In this document: piece by piece, positions 28,371 to 37,415 of the stretch
Numbering within the stretch: the first letter of the stretch is position 1
Layout of the letters: every line of letters begins with the position of its first letter
Assembly (NCBI GenBank): GCA_965237415.1
Contig: CBDEFM010000002.1
Coordinates: 3,456,001 to 3,520,000, forward strand
Length of the DNA: 64,000 nucleotides
Direction of reading: 5' to 3'
DNA from: Alphaproteobacteria bacterium
GTDB lineage: Bacteria > Pseudomonadota > Alphaproteobacteria > UBA828
Translations under genes and position numbers: made by a program
The notes under the pieces: model-generated
Told to the model about the DNA's origin: nothing
Database searches by the model: none
Seen by the model: the letters and a program-made list of their open reading frames with translations, nothing else

Positions 28371-28811
28371 GCGTACTGCCTCCAGCCAGTGCGCCTTCAC
28401 GATCTGCGCGAACGAGACCAATTCGTCGAAGGCCGATGGCTTGACCATATAGGCGTTCGCCCCGAGCGCGTAGCTCGTCGAGATATCCCGTTCCTCATCG
28501 GAGGTCGTGAGGATCACCACGGGGATGCGGCTGAGCTCGGGCTCCTCGCGCAGCCACTCCAGCACTTCGGTGCCATTAATTTTCGGCATGTTGAGGTCGA
28601 GCAGGATCAGGCTCGGGCGGGGCGCCGCCGCCGGATCGGCGTAGTCGCCCTCGCGCTTGAGAAAGTCCATCAGCTCGGCGCCGTCGTGGACGACATAGAG
28701 CGGACACGTGATCTGCGCCTTGCGCAGCGCCTTCTCGGTGAGCAGGCAGTCGGCGGGGTCGTCGTCCGCCATCAGGAGGACAGTGCTCTCGCTGATATCG
28801 GGCCTCGCCAT
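28359..28811 (-). CDS. Single-domain response regulator (Rcp1-like)
   Basis: LMADDD, LILLDLNMP, LTTS, SYALGANAYMVKP. Confidence 0.92.
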   Translation of the reverse strand: MARPDISESTVLLMADDDPADCLLTEKALRKAQITCPLYVVHDGAELMDFLKREGDYADPAAAPRPSLILLDLNMPKINGTEVLEWLREEPELSRIPVVILTTSDEERDISTSYALGANAYMVKPSAFDELVSFAQIVKAHWLEAVRLPP

Positions 28812-28828
28812 CCTCTTCCTCCAGGCGT

Positions 28829-29752
28829 CTACGGGGCGCCGCCAGTACCGGCCGACTCCTCGGCTGCGGTGATAAGGCGTAACGCCAATGACGGAAACGC
28901 CGAGACCGCGCCGGCAAACGCGCCGAAATCGATCGGCTTTGATACGAACACCCGCCCTGCCTCCCCGGCGGGCGGCAGATCGGGAGGGTCCGCCTTGGAC
29001 GCGCTCAACACGATGACCGGCAGGTCATGAAGCGCCGGCGCGTCCGCGATCTCCGCGAGCACCTGGCGCCCGTCGATCTCAGGGCCGTCGAGGTCGATAA
29101 GCACCAAATCCGGCCGCGGTGCGGGCACGTCGCCGCCGAAGACGTGCCGCCCGTGGAGGTGGTCCATCAGCGCAGCGCGGTTCGTGACGTAGGTCAGCGG
29201 GTTGCCGAGGCCCGCGGCTTGCAGTGTCTTGGTCGCCTCCAGGCAGGCCTCGGGGTTGTCGTCCGCCATGACGATGACCGCGGGCCGCGCCGCATCGCCG
29301 GAGTCCGCAGGCACCGAAAGCTCGTAGCTGCAGCTCTTGAGCCGCAGCACGGCCTCGTGCAGCTTGGGGAAGGTGACCGGCTTCACCAGATAGGCATAGG
29401 CGCCGAGATTGTAGCTGCCTGAAATATCGAGGTTGTCCTCCGAGGCTGTCAGGATAACGATCGGTATCTTCCTCAACGCCGGCCTGAGGTTGATCTCCCA
29501 GAGCGAGGCGAGCCCGGCCATGTTGGGCATGTTGAGGTCGAGCAGGATCAGGTCCGGGCGCGGCGAGGAGGCGGGGTTGGCGAACCTTCCTCGCCGCCCG
29601 AGATAGTCGAGCAGCTCCTGGCCGTCCTGCACGAAGCGCAGCTCGTTCGCGAGCCGCGCCTTCTGCAGCGTCTTCTTGGTCAGCAGGCAGTCTTCGGGAT
29701 CGTCGTCCGCCATCAGGAGGAGGACCGGCCGGGTGTTGGGTGCGGTGGTCAT
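28829..29752 (-). CDS. Response regulator with two tandem receiver domains and no output domain
   Basis: Receiver 1: ADDD...LLDLNMP...LVKP; receiver 2: ADDN...LIDLDGP...VSKP. Confidence 0.85.
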   Translation of the reverse strand: MTTAPNTRPVLLLMADDDPEDCLLTKKTLQKARLANELRFVQDGQELLDYLGRRGRFANPASSPRPDLILLDLNMPNMAGLASLWEINLRPALRKIPIVILTASEDNLDISGSYNLGAYAYLVKPVTFPKLHEAVLRLKSCSYELSVPADSGDAARPAVIVMADDNPEACLEATKTLQAAGLGNPLTYVTNRAALMDHLHGRHVFGGDVPAPRPDLVLIDLDGPEIDGRQVLAEIADAPALHDLPVIVLSASKADPPDLPPAGEAGRVFVSKPIDFGAFAGAVSAFPSLALRLITAAEESAGTGGAP

Positions 29753-29759
29753 TGGCCGC

Positions 29760-31400
29760 TCACCGGGGCTGCCGGCGCGGCAGGGTCACCGTGAAGGTGG
29801 CGCCCGCGCCCGGTGTGCCGGACGCGGTGATCCTGCCGTGATGGCGCAAGACGATCTTCTCGCAGATTGCGAGGCCGATCCCGGCGCCCTCGTACTGGTG
29901 GCGAGCGTGCAGACGCTTGAAGGGCTGGAACAGCTTGCTGCCTTGCGACAATTCGAAACCGATTCCGTTGTCTGTCACCACGATGGTGTGCGCGGGCCCC
30001 GGGACCGCATCGATCGGCTGCGCTTGGGCCGCCACCTCGACCGTTACGTGCGGTGGCACGCCAGGCCTGCAGAATTTGAGCGCGTTGCCGATGAGGTTGC
30101 GGAAGAGCTGCTCCATCTGAGTGCGGTCCGCCTCTATGGTGGGTGTGGCGCTGACCTCCACTTGGCCCCCGGCCTCCTCAAGCCTGACGGAAAGGTCGGA
30201 GAGCACGGTGTCGAAGACCTCCGCGAGTGAGAGATCCTCGAAGGGATGCGCCGCCGTGGTGACGCGGGAGAGCGCCAGCAAGTCGCTCACGAGCGTCTGC
30301 ATCCGCGCCGCAGCGTCGGTCATGAAGTCGATATATCGCTGTCCTTCGTCGTCGAGGCTCTCGCGCTTCTCGTCCGCGAGGAGCGCGCCGAAGGCTCTGA
30401 TCTTGCGCAGCGGTTCCTGAAGGTCGTGGGAGGCCACGTAGGCGAACTGCTCGAGCTCCTCGTTGGAACGGGCGAGGTCGCGGGCGTGGCGCTCCAGCGC
30501 TTCCTTCGCCTGCTTCTGCTCGGTGATGTCGCGCACGATCCCCATGATCCGCACCGGCGCCCCCGTCTCGTCGCGCACCAGGATGGCGCGGACGGCGACG
30601 GGGAAGACCGATCCGTCATTGCGGATATATTCCTTCTCGTATTCGTCGGTATAGCCGCGCTGAAGAAGCTGCTCCGCAACGATGTCGGCTTCCATCTTTG
30701 CCCAGCGGGGCGGCGTGAGCTGCTGGTAGGTCATGCCGACGAGCTCATCGAGCTCGTAGCCCAGCATATCGAGATAAGCGGGGTTCGCCTCTTCCACGGG
30801 GCCATCCAGGCCGACGAAGACCACGCCGTCGTGGCTGAGGTCGAAGAGGCTCCGATAGCGCCGCTCCGAGGCCTTGAGCGCCTCTTCCTTCTCCTTCAGC
30901 TCGGCGATGTCGCGCACGATGCCCATGAAGCGGATCGGCCGCCCCTCCAGGTCCCGCACCAGGATGGTGCGCAGGCTGATGGGGGCGATCGAGCCGTCCT
31001 TGCGCACGTATTCCTTCTCGTATTCGTCCGAGAAGCCGCGCTGCATGACCTGGGTCTCGATGATCTCTGCCTCGATGGCACGCCACTTCTCGGGCGTAAG
31101 GTCCTGATAGGTGTGCGTGGTAATCTCGTCGCGGCCGTAGCCGACAAGGTCGAGATAGGCTTGGTTCATCTCCTCGATATGGCCATCGAGGTCGACGAAG
31201 ACGATCCCGTCCCGGCTCATGTCGAAGAGGGCGCGGAACCTGTCCTCCGAGGTGCGGCCTGCGTCGCGGGCGCGCCCGGCTTCGGCCAGGGCCTGCTCCA
31301 GCGCCGCCACCTGCTGCCTGAGCGCCTGCGCGCCGTCGTCGGGATCGCCGTCCAAGTCGGTTCGGCTGGCGGCGCGCACCTCAGCCGTCTCAGCCGTCAT
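29760..31400 (-). CDS. Cytoplasmic PAS-PAS sensor histidine kinase
   Basis: Two near-duplicate PAS/PAC units (EYEKEYxRxDGS); H-box ASHDLQEPLRKI; NLIGNA, DNGIG, GAGIGL; no TM segment. Confidence 0.93.
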   Translation of the reverse strand: MTAETAEVRAASRTDLDGDPDDGAQALRQQVAALEQALAEAGRARDAGRTSEDRFRALFDMSRDGIVFVDLDGHIEEMNQAYLDLVGYGRDEITTHTYQDLTPEKWRAIEAEIIETQVMQRGFSDEYEKEYVRKDGSIAPISLRTILVRDLEGRPIRFMGIVRDIAELKEKEEALKASERRYRSLFDLSHDGVVFVGLDGPVEEANPAYLDMLGYELDELVGMTYQQLTPPRWAKMEADIVAEQLLQRGYTDEYEKEYIRNDGSVFPVAVRAILVRDETGAPVRIMGIVRDITEQKQAKEALERHARDLARSNEELEQFAYVASHDLQEPLRKIRAFGALLADEKRESLDDEGQRYIDFMTDAAARMQTLVSDLLALSRVTTAAHPFEDLSLAEVFDTVLSDLSVRLEEAGGQVEVSATPTIEADRTQMEQLFRNLIGNALKFCRPGVPPHVTVEVAAQAQPIDAVPGPAHTIVVTDNGIGFELSQGSKLFQPFKRLHARHQYEGAGIGLAICEKIVLRHHGRITASGTPGAGATFTVTLPRRQPR

Positions 31401-32445
31401 CGATCAGGTCCTCGGCGTAGGCGAAGAGCGCCGGCATGCCGCCGGTATGGACGAAGACGACCGTGTCGCCCGCGCCGACGGTGCCGCGCTTCACATGATC
31501 GATAAGGCCGGCCATGGCCTTCCCTGAGTAGACGGGGTCGAGAAAGATGCCTTCCGTCTCGGCCACGAGCTTGATGGCGGCCCGAGCCTCCGCCGAGAGC
31601 ACGCCGTAGTCCTCGCCGACATGATCTTCGTCGGCGACGAAGTCGCCCGGCTGGATCGCGAGGTTCAGGTCGAGCGCACGCGCCGTCGCGGTGGCGACGC
31701 GTGCGATGTCGAGCTCCCGCGCCTCTTTCCAGCGGATCGGGCTGATCGCCGTCACCCGCGCCTCGCGGCCCAGTGCGCGCAGGCCTGTGATGAGCCCTGC
31801 CGGCGTGTTGTTGGCGCCGCAGATGAAGACCTGGGCGGGATCGATCCCGACGTCCTCGAACTGGGCGTCGAGCTCGATCGCGGTGCCGACGTAGCCGAGC
31901 GCCGCGAGGACCTGCTGGTCGAGGGCGAAGGGGGCGATCACGAAGGGGCGCCGGCCCGCCGCCTCGAGAGCGCTGGCCTTCTTGTCGAGCAGCGGCTGGA
32001 TCTTCTCCATGCTGTCGATATCGACCACGGTCACGTCCGCGCCCATCAGGCGGTCGAGCAGAAGATTGCCTTGCACCCTCGGACCCTTGACGCCGTGAAT
32101 GAGCACCAGCGAGACCGCGAGGCCGTGTTTGCACGCCGCCGCCGTGATCTGCCGGCACCAGTTGGACTGCGTGTAGGCGCCCGCGACCACGGTGTCTGCG
32201 CCCGACTGCAGGATTTCGGCGAAGGTGAACTCCAGGTGGCGCGTCTTGTTGCCGCCGAAGGCCAGTCCCGTGAGGTCGTCCCGCTTGATGTAGAGGGCGC
32301 GCACGCCGATCGCGTCTGCGAGCCGGGGGCAGGGGTCGAGCGGCGTCGGCAGATGCGCGAGCCGGATGCGAGGGTGGGCTGCGAGCCGGGCGGCGAGATC
32401 GTCCCGCGTCACCGCTGCTTCCGTACGTTCCGCTGCCACCGCCAT
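31390..32445 (-). CDS. PLP-dependent D-cysteine desulfhydrase / ACC-deaminase family protein
   Basis: KRDD..GLAFGGNKTR, QSNWCR, DPVYSGKA, HTGG (Ser/Thr pattern of the desulfhydrase rather than the ACC-deaminase branch). Confidence 0.88.
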   Translation of the reverse strand: MAVAAERTEAAVTRDDLAARLAAHPRIRLAHLPTPLDPCPRLADAIGVRALYIKRDDLTGLAFGGNKTRHLEFTFAEILQSGADTVVAGAYTQSNWCRQITAAACKHGLAVSLVLIHGVKGPRVQGNLLLDRLMGADVTVVDIDSMEKIQPLLDKKASALEAAGRRPFVIAPFALDQQVLAALGYVGTAIELDAQFEDVGIDPAQVFICGANNTPAGLITGLRALGREARVTAISPIRWKEARELDIARVATATARALDLNLAIQPGDFVADEDHVGEDYGVLSAEARAAIKLVAETEGIFLDPVYSGKAMAGLIDHVKRGTVGAGDTVVFVHTGGMPALFAYAEDLIDDG

Positions 32446-32507
32446 GCCACTCCCCCGCCTGCCTCTCGGCCATCCTATCGCCGGCGGGAAGCGCCGGGCA
32501 ACCGACG

Positions 32508-33119
32508 GTGGGGCAGCTCTCCTCGGTGAAGTTCGGCTACACCGACACCATCCCCGGCTCGCCGGAATACAACCCCGAGCGCTGCCAGGAGCTGTTGGCC
32601 GAGGCCGGCTACCCGGGCGGCGACGGCCTGCCGCCGATCGAGTACCTTACCTCCCAGGGCTTCTATCCGAAGACCAAGGAGTACGGCGAGGTCATCACCG
32701 CGCTCCTCCAGGAGCAGGGCTTCCCGGTACAGCTCACGGTGATGGAGGTCGCGTCGTGGATCGAGCGGGTGCTGACCCGCGACGAGACCGCACCCCAGCT
32801 CGCCGACACCGGCTGGATGACCGGCTCGCCCGAGCCCAACCTGGTGCTCAGGCCGATGTGGCATTCGGACGGGCTGATCCTGACCAACTGCGGCAGTGAC
32901 GACGTCGATGCGGCGATCGAGAAGCAGCAGCTGATCACCGACGTCGATGCCAGGCGTGCGTCGATTCAGAACGAGCTGATGCCGGCGTTGGCCGCGCATC
33001 TGCCGAGCTTCGGGCTCTTCACCTCGGTGCTGATCCACGCCCATCATCCGGCCATCGAGGGGATCTACTTCCTTCCCAACGGGCCGGTCGACAAGGTCAA
33101 GGCGACACTCAAGTCCTGA
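32508..33119 (+). pseudogene. C-terminal fragment of a family-5 (peptide/nickel) ABC substrate-binding protein
   Basis: YNPERCQELLAEAGYPGG motif, normally ~330 residues into such proteins, occurs at residue ~21; no signal peptide; only 62 bp from the divergent gene. Confidence 0.7.
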
Positions 33120-33128
33120 CCCGCCGTT

Positions 33129-33156
33129 CGGGGGCTCCGCCCGCGCGGAGCCCCCG
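33129..33156 (+). other. Intercistronic stem-loop after the binding-protein gene
   Basis: Perfect 12-bp stem CGGGGGCTCCGC-ccgc-GCGGAGCCCCCG, typical of ABC operons. Confidence 0.7.
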
Positions 33157-33186
33157 CCTCGCTTCACCCCTCCGCACGGTCCGCGC

Positions 33187-34206
33187 ATGGCATTCGTCCT
33201 CACGTTCCTGATCCGCCGCCTTGCCCAGGGCGTGGTCATCGTGCTGCTGGTCACGTTCCTGATTTTCACTCTGTTGCGAGTCATTCCGGGCGATCCGGTG
33301 CGTATCATGCTCGGCCCCAGCACGACCCAGGCGGTGGTCGAGGCCCGCGCGCAGGAGCTTGGCCTGCGCGATTCCATCCCCGAGCAGTTCGTCCGTTACA
33401 TCGCCAAAGCGGTGCAGGGCGACTTCGGCGACTCCTACTTCATCGGCGAGACCGGCATCGCGCTCACGGTGCAGAACGTGTCCGGCGGCAAAGGGCAGGA
33501 CACCGTCACCGAACAGCGCAAGGCGAAGATGACCCGCGCCGGGGTGCTCAAGGTCATAGGGGATGGTCTGCCCTATACGCTGATTCTGGCGGGCTTGGGC
33601 TTGCTATTTACGTTCGTATTGGCGGTGCCGCTTGGAATTGCGGCCGGCCTCAATCCGGAGAAGTGGCAGGATAGGCTCGCCTTCTTCATAGGCTCCGTCT
33701 TCATATCGTTACCCAACTTCTGGCTGGCGCTGGTGCTGATCCTGCTGGTCACGGCACGCGCCGGCCTGTTGCCGTCCATTGGCTACAAGAACTTTGCCTA
33801 CGCCATCCTGCCGGCCATCGTGCTTGCCGTGGAGCTCGCGCCGATCATCATCCGCGGGCTCTCGATGTCGATCGCCCAGGCGCTCCAGGCCGGCTATGTC
33901 TCCAGCGGCGTCGTGCGCGGCCTTCCCTGGCGGCAGATCATCGTCAAGCACGTGCTGCGCAACTCGTCGATCCCCATGCTGAACCTGTTCGGCGTGCAGA
34001 TCGGCGGCCTGTTGCTTGGCGGTGTCTTCGTCACCGAGTTCGTGTTCGACTATCCCGGCATCGGGCGGACGACCGTGCAGGCGGTGCTGCAACGTGACTT
34101 CCCGGTGATCCAGGGCGTCGCCATCCTGGCCGCGAGCATTCTCGTTCTCGCCAACATCATGGTCGACCTCGCGTCGACCTTCGTCGACCGCAGGCTCAAG
34201 TTCTGA
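33187..34206 (+). CDS. Peptide/nickel ABC transporter permease (DppB-like)
   Basis: IPGDPV, GDFGDS, LPNFWL, KHVLRN, F.YPGIG, QRDFPVIQG. Confidence 0.92.
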   Translation: MAFVLTFLIRRLAQGVVIVLLVTFLIFTLLRVIPGDPVRIMLGPSTTQAVVEARAQELGLRDSIPEQFVRYIAKAVQGDFGDSYFIGETGIALTVQNVSGGKGQDTVTEQRKAKMTRAGVLKVIGDGLPYTLILAGLGLLFTFVLAVPLGIAAGLNPEKWQDRLAFFIGSVFISLPNFWLALVLILLVTARAGLLPSIGYKNFAYAILPAIVLAVELAPIIIRGLSMSIAQALQAGYVSSGVVRGLPWRQIIVKHVLRNSSIPMLNLFGVQIGGLLLGGVFVTEFVFDYPGIGRTTVQAVLQRDFPVIQGVAILAASILVLANIMVDLASTFVDRRLKF

Positions 34207-35114
34207 TGACGGCCGAGACCGCAACAGGCACCAAGGTGCGGGGACGCGGCGAATCCGTCACCCGGCGGATGTTCCGCCTCGCCTGGGAGATGGCGAGCTT
34301 CAAGATCGGCCTCGGGGTCTTCACCGTGTTCGTGGGCGCGGCGATCATCTGGCCGGAGCTCTCGCCTTTCGATCCCATGAAGATCAGCGTGCGAGAGCGC
34401 TTCCTGCCGCCCGTCTTCCTGGAAGGCGGCTCCTGGGTCCATCTCGCCGGCACCGACCAGCTCGGCCGCGACCTCTTCGTGCGCTCGTTGATGGGGCTGC
34501 GCAATGGGCTCGGCATCGCCGTGGCGGCGGTCGCGGTCATGTTCGTCGTCGGCTGCACGCTCGGCGTGATCTCGGGCTACTGGGGCCGCTGGGTCGACAT
34601 CATCCTGATGCGTATCACCGACGCCCAGCTCTCGATCCCGGTGATCGTGCTGGCGATCACGATCCTGAGCGTGAGCCGGCCAAACCCCTTCACGGTGGCC
34701 GCCGTGCTGGTACTGGCGGGGTGGCCTGTCTACGCCCGCGTGGTGCGAAGCATCGCGCTCGCCGAGCGCGAGCGCGAATATGTAAGGGGGGCGAAGATTC
34801 TGGGAGCGAGCGACCTCAGGATCGTCGCACTGATGATCTCGCCCAACATCTTGCCGCCCATCGCCTTCGTCGCGGTGCTCGACATCGCGCGCATGATGAT
34901 CTTCGAGGCGCTGTTCGGCTTCCTCGGCATCGGCATCCAGCCGCCGACGCCCACCTTCGGCAACATCATCGCCGACGGCTACAAGTATTTGGTGAACAGT
35001 TGGTGGATTCCGACCATGCCCGGAGTCTTCCTCATCATCACACTCATCAGCATCAATCTTATGGGTGCTTCGCTGGAGCGCGCCCGCAACAAGCTCTTCA
35101 AGGGGATCGTCTAG
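34206..35114 (+). CDS. Peptide/nickel ABC transporter permease (DppC-like)
   Basis: HLAGTDQLGRD, EYV.GAKILGA, FLGIGIQPP.P.FG. Confidence 0.92.
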   Translation: MTAETATGTKVRGRGESVTRRMFRLAWEMASFKIGLGVFTVFVGAAIIWPELSPFDPMKISVRERFLPPVFLEGGSWVHLAGTDQLGRDLFVRSLMGLRNGLGIAVAAVAVMFVVGCTLGVISGYWGRWVDIILMRITDAQLSIPVIVLAITILSVSRPNPFTVAAVLVLAGWPVYARVVRSIALAEREREYVRGAKILGASDLRIVALMISPNILPPIAFVAVLDIARMMIFEALFGFLGIGIQPPTPTFGNIIADGYKYLVNSWWIPTMPGVFLIITLISINLMGASLERARNKLFKGIV

Positions 35115-35117
35115 CCC

Positions 35118-36992
35118 ATGTCGGCTCCGCCGCTCCTCGACGTGCAGGGCATCTCGGTCGATCTCGTCCGCCGCGGCGTAAGCGAGCCGATCCTGCGGGA
35201 CGTGAGCTTCGAGCTGCGCGAGCGCCAAGTGCTCGGCATCATCGGCGAGAGCGGCTCGGGCAAGACCGTGTTGAGCCACGTGCTCTGCAACGCGATCACG
35301 GAGCCGCTCAAGATCACCGCCGGCAGCGTCGGCTATCACGGGCGGGACCTGCTCACCATCCCCGCCGCCGAGATGCAGAAGTTGCGCGGCAGCGAGATCG
35401 GCTATATCGGCTCCGACCCCGGTAACGCGCTGGACCCGACAATCCCCGTTGGCCGTCAGATCGTGGAGAAGCTGCGCGCGGTCCAGCCCGAAATGTCCAA
35501 GAAGGATGCTCGGAAACGCGCCTTGGAGGTGCTGAGCGCGGTCCGCATGCCGAGGCCCGAGCACCGCTTCGACGAGTTCCCGTTCCAGTATTCCGGCGGC
35601 ATGATGCAGCGGGCGCTGATCGTCGACGCGCTGGTCAGCAATCCCGCCTTTCTCATCGCGGACAACGTCACCCAGCAGCTCGACGTCACCATCGCAGCCC
35701 AGATCATCCGCCTGATGCACGATCTTCGCGACCAGCTGGACACGGCGATCATCTTCATCTCATCGTCGCTCGCCATGGTGCGTGAGATTGCGGACGAAAT
35801 CATCGTCCTGCAGGAAGGGCGGATCATCGAACGCTCGACGCCGGAGGCCATCGTCGCCCGGCCCGAGCACGACTACTCCAAGCGGTTGCTGGAGCGTATC
35901 CCGCGCATCTGGGCAGTGGAGGAGCGCGCGCAGCCCGCGACGGAAGACGAGAGCCCGCTCCTCGCGGTGGACGACGTCTACAAGACCTACCGGGTCAATG
36001 ACCCGACTCGATTCTTCGGCCACAACGACGTGGAGGCGGTACGCGGCGTTACCTTCGACGTGAAGGCGGGGGAGAACTTCGGCATCGTGGGCGAGTCCGG
36101 CTGCGGCAAGTCTACGCTCTCGCGTCTCTTGAGCTGGATCGAGGCCCCCGACAAGGGCTCGATCTTCTTCGAGGGCGACAGCATCGCCAAGATGAACCGC
36201 CGCCGCTTGCTCGGGCTCCGGCACCGCTTCCAGCTCCTGCTTCAGGACCCTTACAACGCCATGCCGCCGCACATGCCGGTCGGCCGCACCATTCTGGAGC
36301 CCCTGCTCATCCACGGCGGCATGGGGCGCCGCGCGATGCGGGACCGTGTGCGCGAGGTGATGAGCGAAGTCGGCCTGCCGGCCGATATGTACGATCATCT
36401 GCAGATCGGGCTGAGCGCCGGCCAGCGTCAGCGCATCAATCTCGCCCGCGCGCTGGTACTGGAGCCTCGCCTGCTGATCCTGGACGAGACGCTGTCTGCG
36501 CTCGATCAGGTGGAGCAGTCGCGGTTGCTGGAGATTTTCGACAAGCTGCAGGCCGAGCACGGCTTCACCTACATCTTCATCTCCCACGATCTCGCCATGG
36601 TGCGCCGCGCCTGCACCCGCATCGCCGTGATGTATCTCGGCAAGATCGTCGAGCTCGCGGACAACCACACGGTCTTCTTCGACCCCGGCCATCCCTACAC
36701 CAAGGCGCTCTTGAGTGCGGTGCCCACCATCGAGGAGCGCCGCTACGACGCCGAGGAAAACCTGCTGGAGGGTGAGCCGCCGAGCCCCATCGGCATTCCG
36801 CCCGGATGCAGCTTCAATTCGCGCTGCCCGCTTGCCTTCGACCGCTGCACGCATGAAGAGCCGGCCCTTGAGGGCCGGGGCGACGGCCGCATCAGCGCCT
36901 GTTACTGGGCCAATGCAAGCGAGGACGAGCTCGCCGCCGCCGCCGAAGCGAACCGCGCCCGCCGCGCCGCTCTGGAGGCTCAGGTCTCTTAG
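35118..36992 (+). CDS. Fused DppD/DppF-like ABC ATPase (two nucleotide-binding domains, first degenerate)
   Basis: GESGSGKT and GESGCGKS Walker A motifs; HPYT and C-terminal GCSFNSRC...C...ACY. Confidence 0.92.
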   Translation: MSAPPLLDVQGISVDLVRRGVSEPILRDVSFELRERQVLGIIGESGSGKTVLSHVLCNAITEPLKITAGSVGYHGRDLLTIPAAEMQKLRGSEIGYIGSDPGNALDPTIPVGRQIVEKLRAVQPEMSKKDARKRALEVLSAVRMPRPEHRFDEFPFQYSGGMMQRALIVDALVSNPAFLIADNVTQQLDVTIAAQIIRLMHDLRDQLDTAIIFISSSLAMVREIADEIIVLQEGRIIERSTPEAIVARPEHDYSKRLLERIPRIWAVEERAQPATEDESPLLAVDDVYKTYRVNDPTRFFGHNDVEAVRGVTFDVKAGENFGIVGESGCGKSTLSRLLSWIEAPDKGSIFFEGDSIAKMNRRRLLGLRHRFQLLLQDPYNAMPPHMPVGRTILEPLLIHGGMGRRAMRDRVREVMSEVGLPADMYDHLQIGLSAGQRQRINLARALVLEPRLLILDETLSALDQVEQSRLLEIFDKLQAEHGFTYIFISHDLAMVRRACTRIAVMYLGKIVELADNHTVFFDPGHPYTKALLSAVPTIEERRYDAEENLLEGEPPSPIGIPPGCSFNSRCPLAFDRCTHEEPALEGRGDGRISACYWANASEDELAAAAEANRARRAALEAQVS

Positions 36993-37111
36993 CCCCGCCA
37001 GATCGGCTCGGTGAAGCCTTGCCCTCCTGTCCTGCCCCTGAAGGACGGAAGGAACGTGGGCGCCGCCCGTTACTTCCTGCCTGAACCGGAAGGGCCGGGG
37101 AAAGCAGACGA

Positions 37112-37325
37112 CCCCGGACCATGGTGCGGTGCCCGGCAGCGCCGGCCTGCGCCAGGATCGCGCCATGCAGTGCACGAACGAACGGGCCGAGCCGGGTGCG
37201 ACAGCTCGCAACTTCTACCGGGTCGCGCGCCATGCCCGGGCCGCGCGTCCCGCGAAATCCCACTTATCCCAATTAATCCCACTTAATCCCGGACAAGAAA
37301 TGTTCGCGTATCTCGTCCCAGTCCC
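37112..37325 (+). repeat. Dispersed intergenic element, copy A (hairpin plus 10-bp-phased TCCC array)
   Basis: Shares CCCCGGACCATGGTGCG and ATCGCGCCATGCAG (same 45-bp offset) and GTCCCGCGRAATCCCAC with copy B at 43459. Confidence 0.75.
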
Positions 37326-37415
37326 ACGCTCACCTCCCGCTTGCCTACGCGGATATGCGCATCGTGCGCCCGCGCAGGCGGCCGTCGGGCCTGGTGGCCC
37401 GGTCGCAACGGGCAC

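Noticed and set aside
31390-32445. ACC deaminase (acdS) call
   Set aside because: DPVYSGK and HTGG lack the Glu/Leu pair diagnostic of true ACC deaminases
37273-37286. TTAA-TCCCAC-TTAA as a CtrA box
   Set aside because: Spacer is 6 nt, not the 7 nt of TTAA-N7-TTAA, and copy B lacks it
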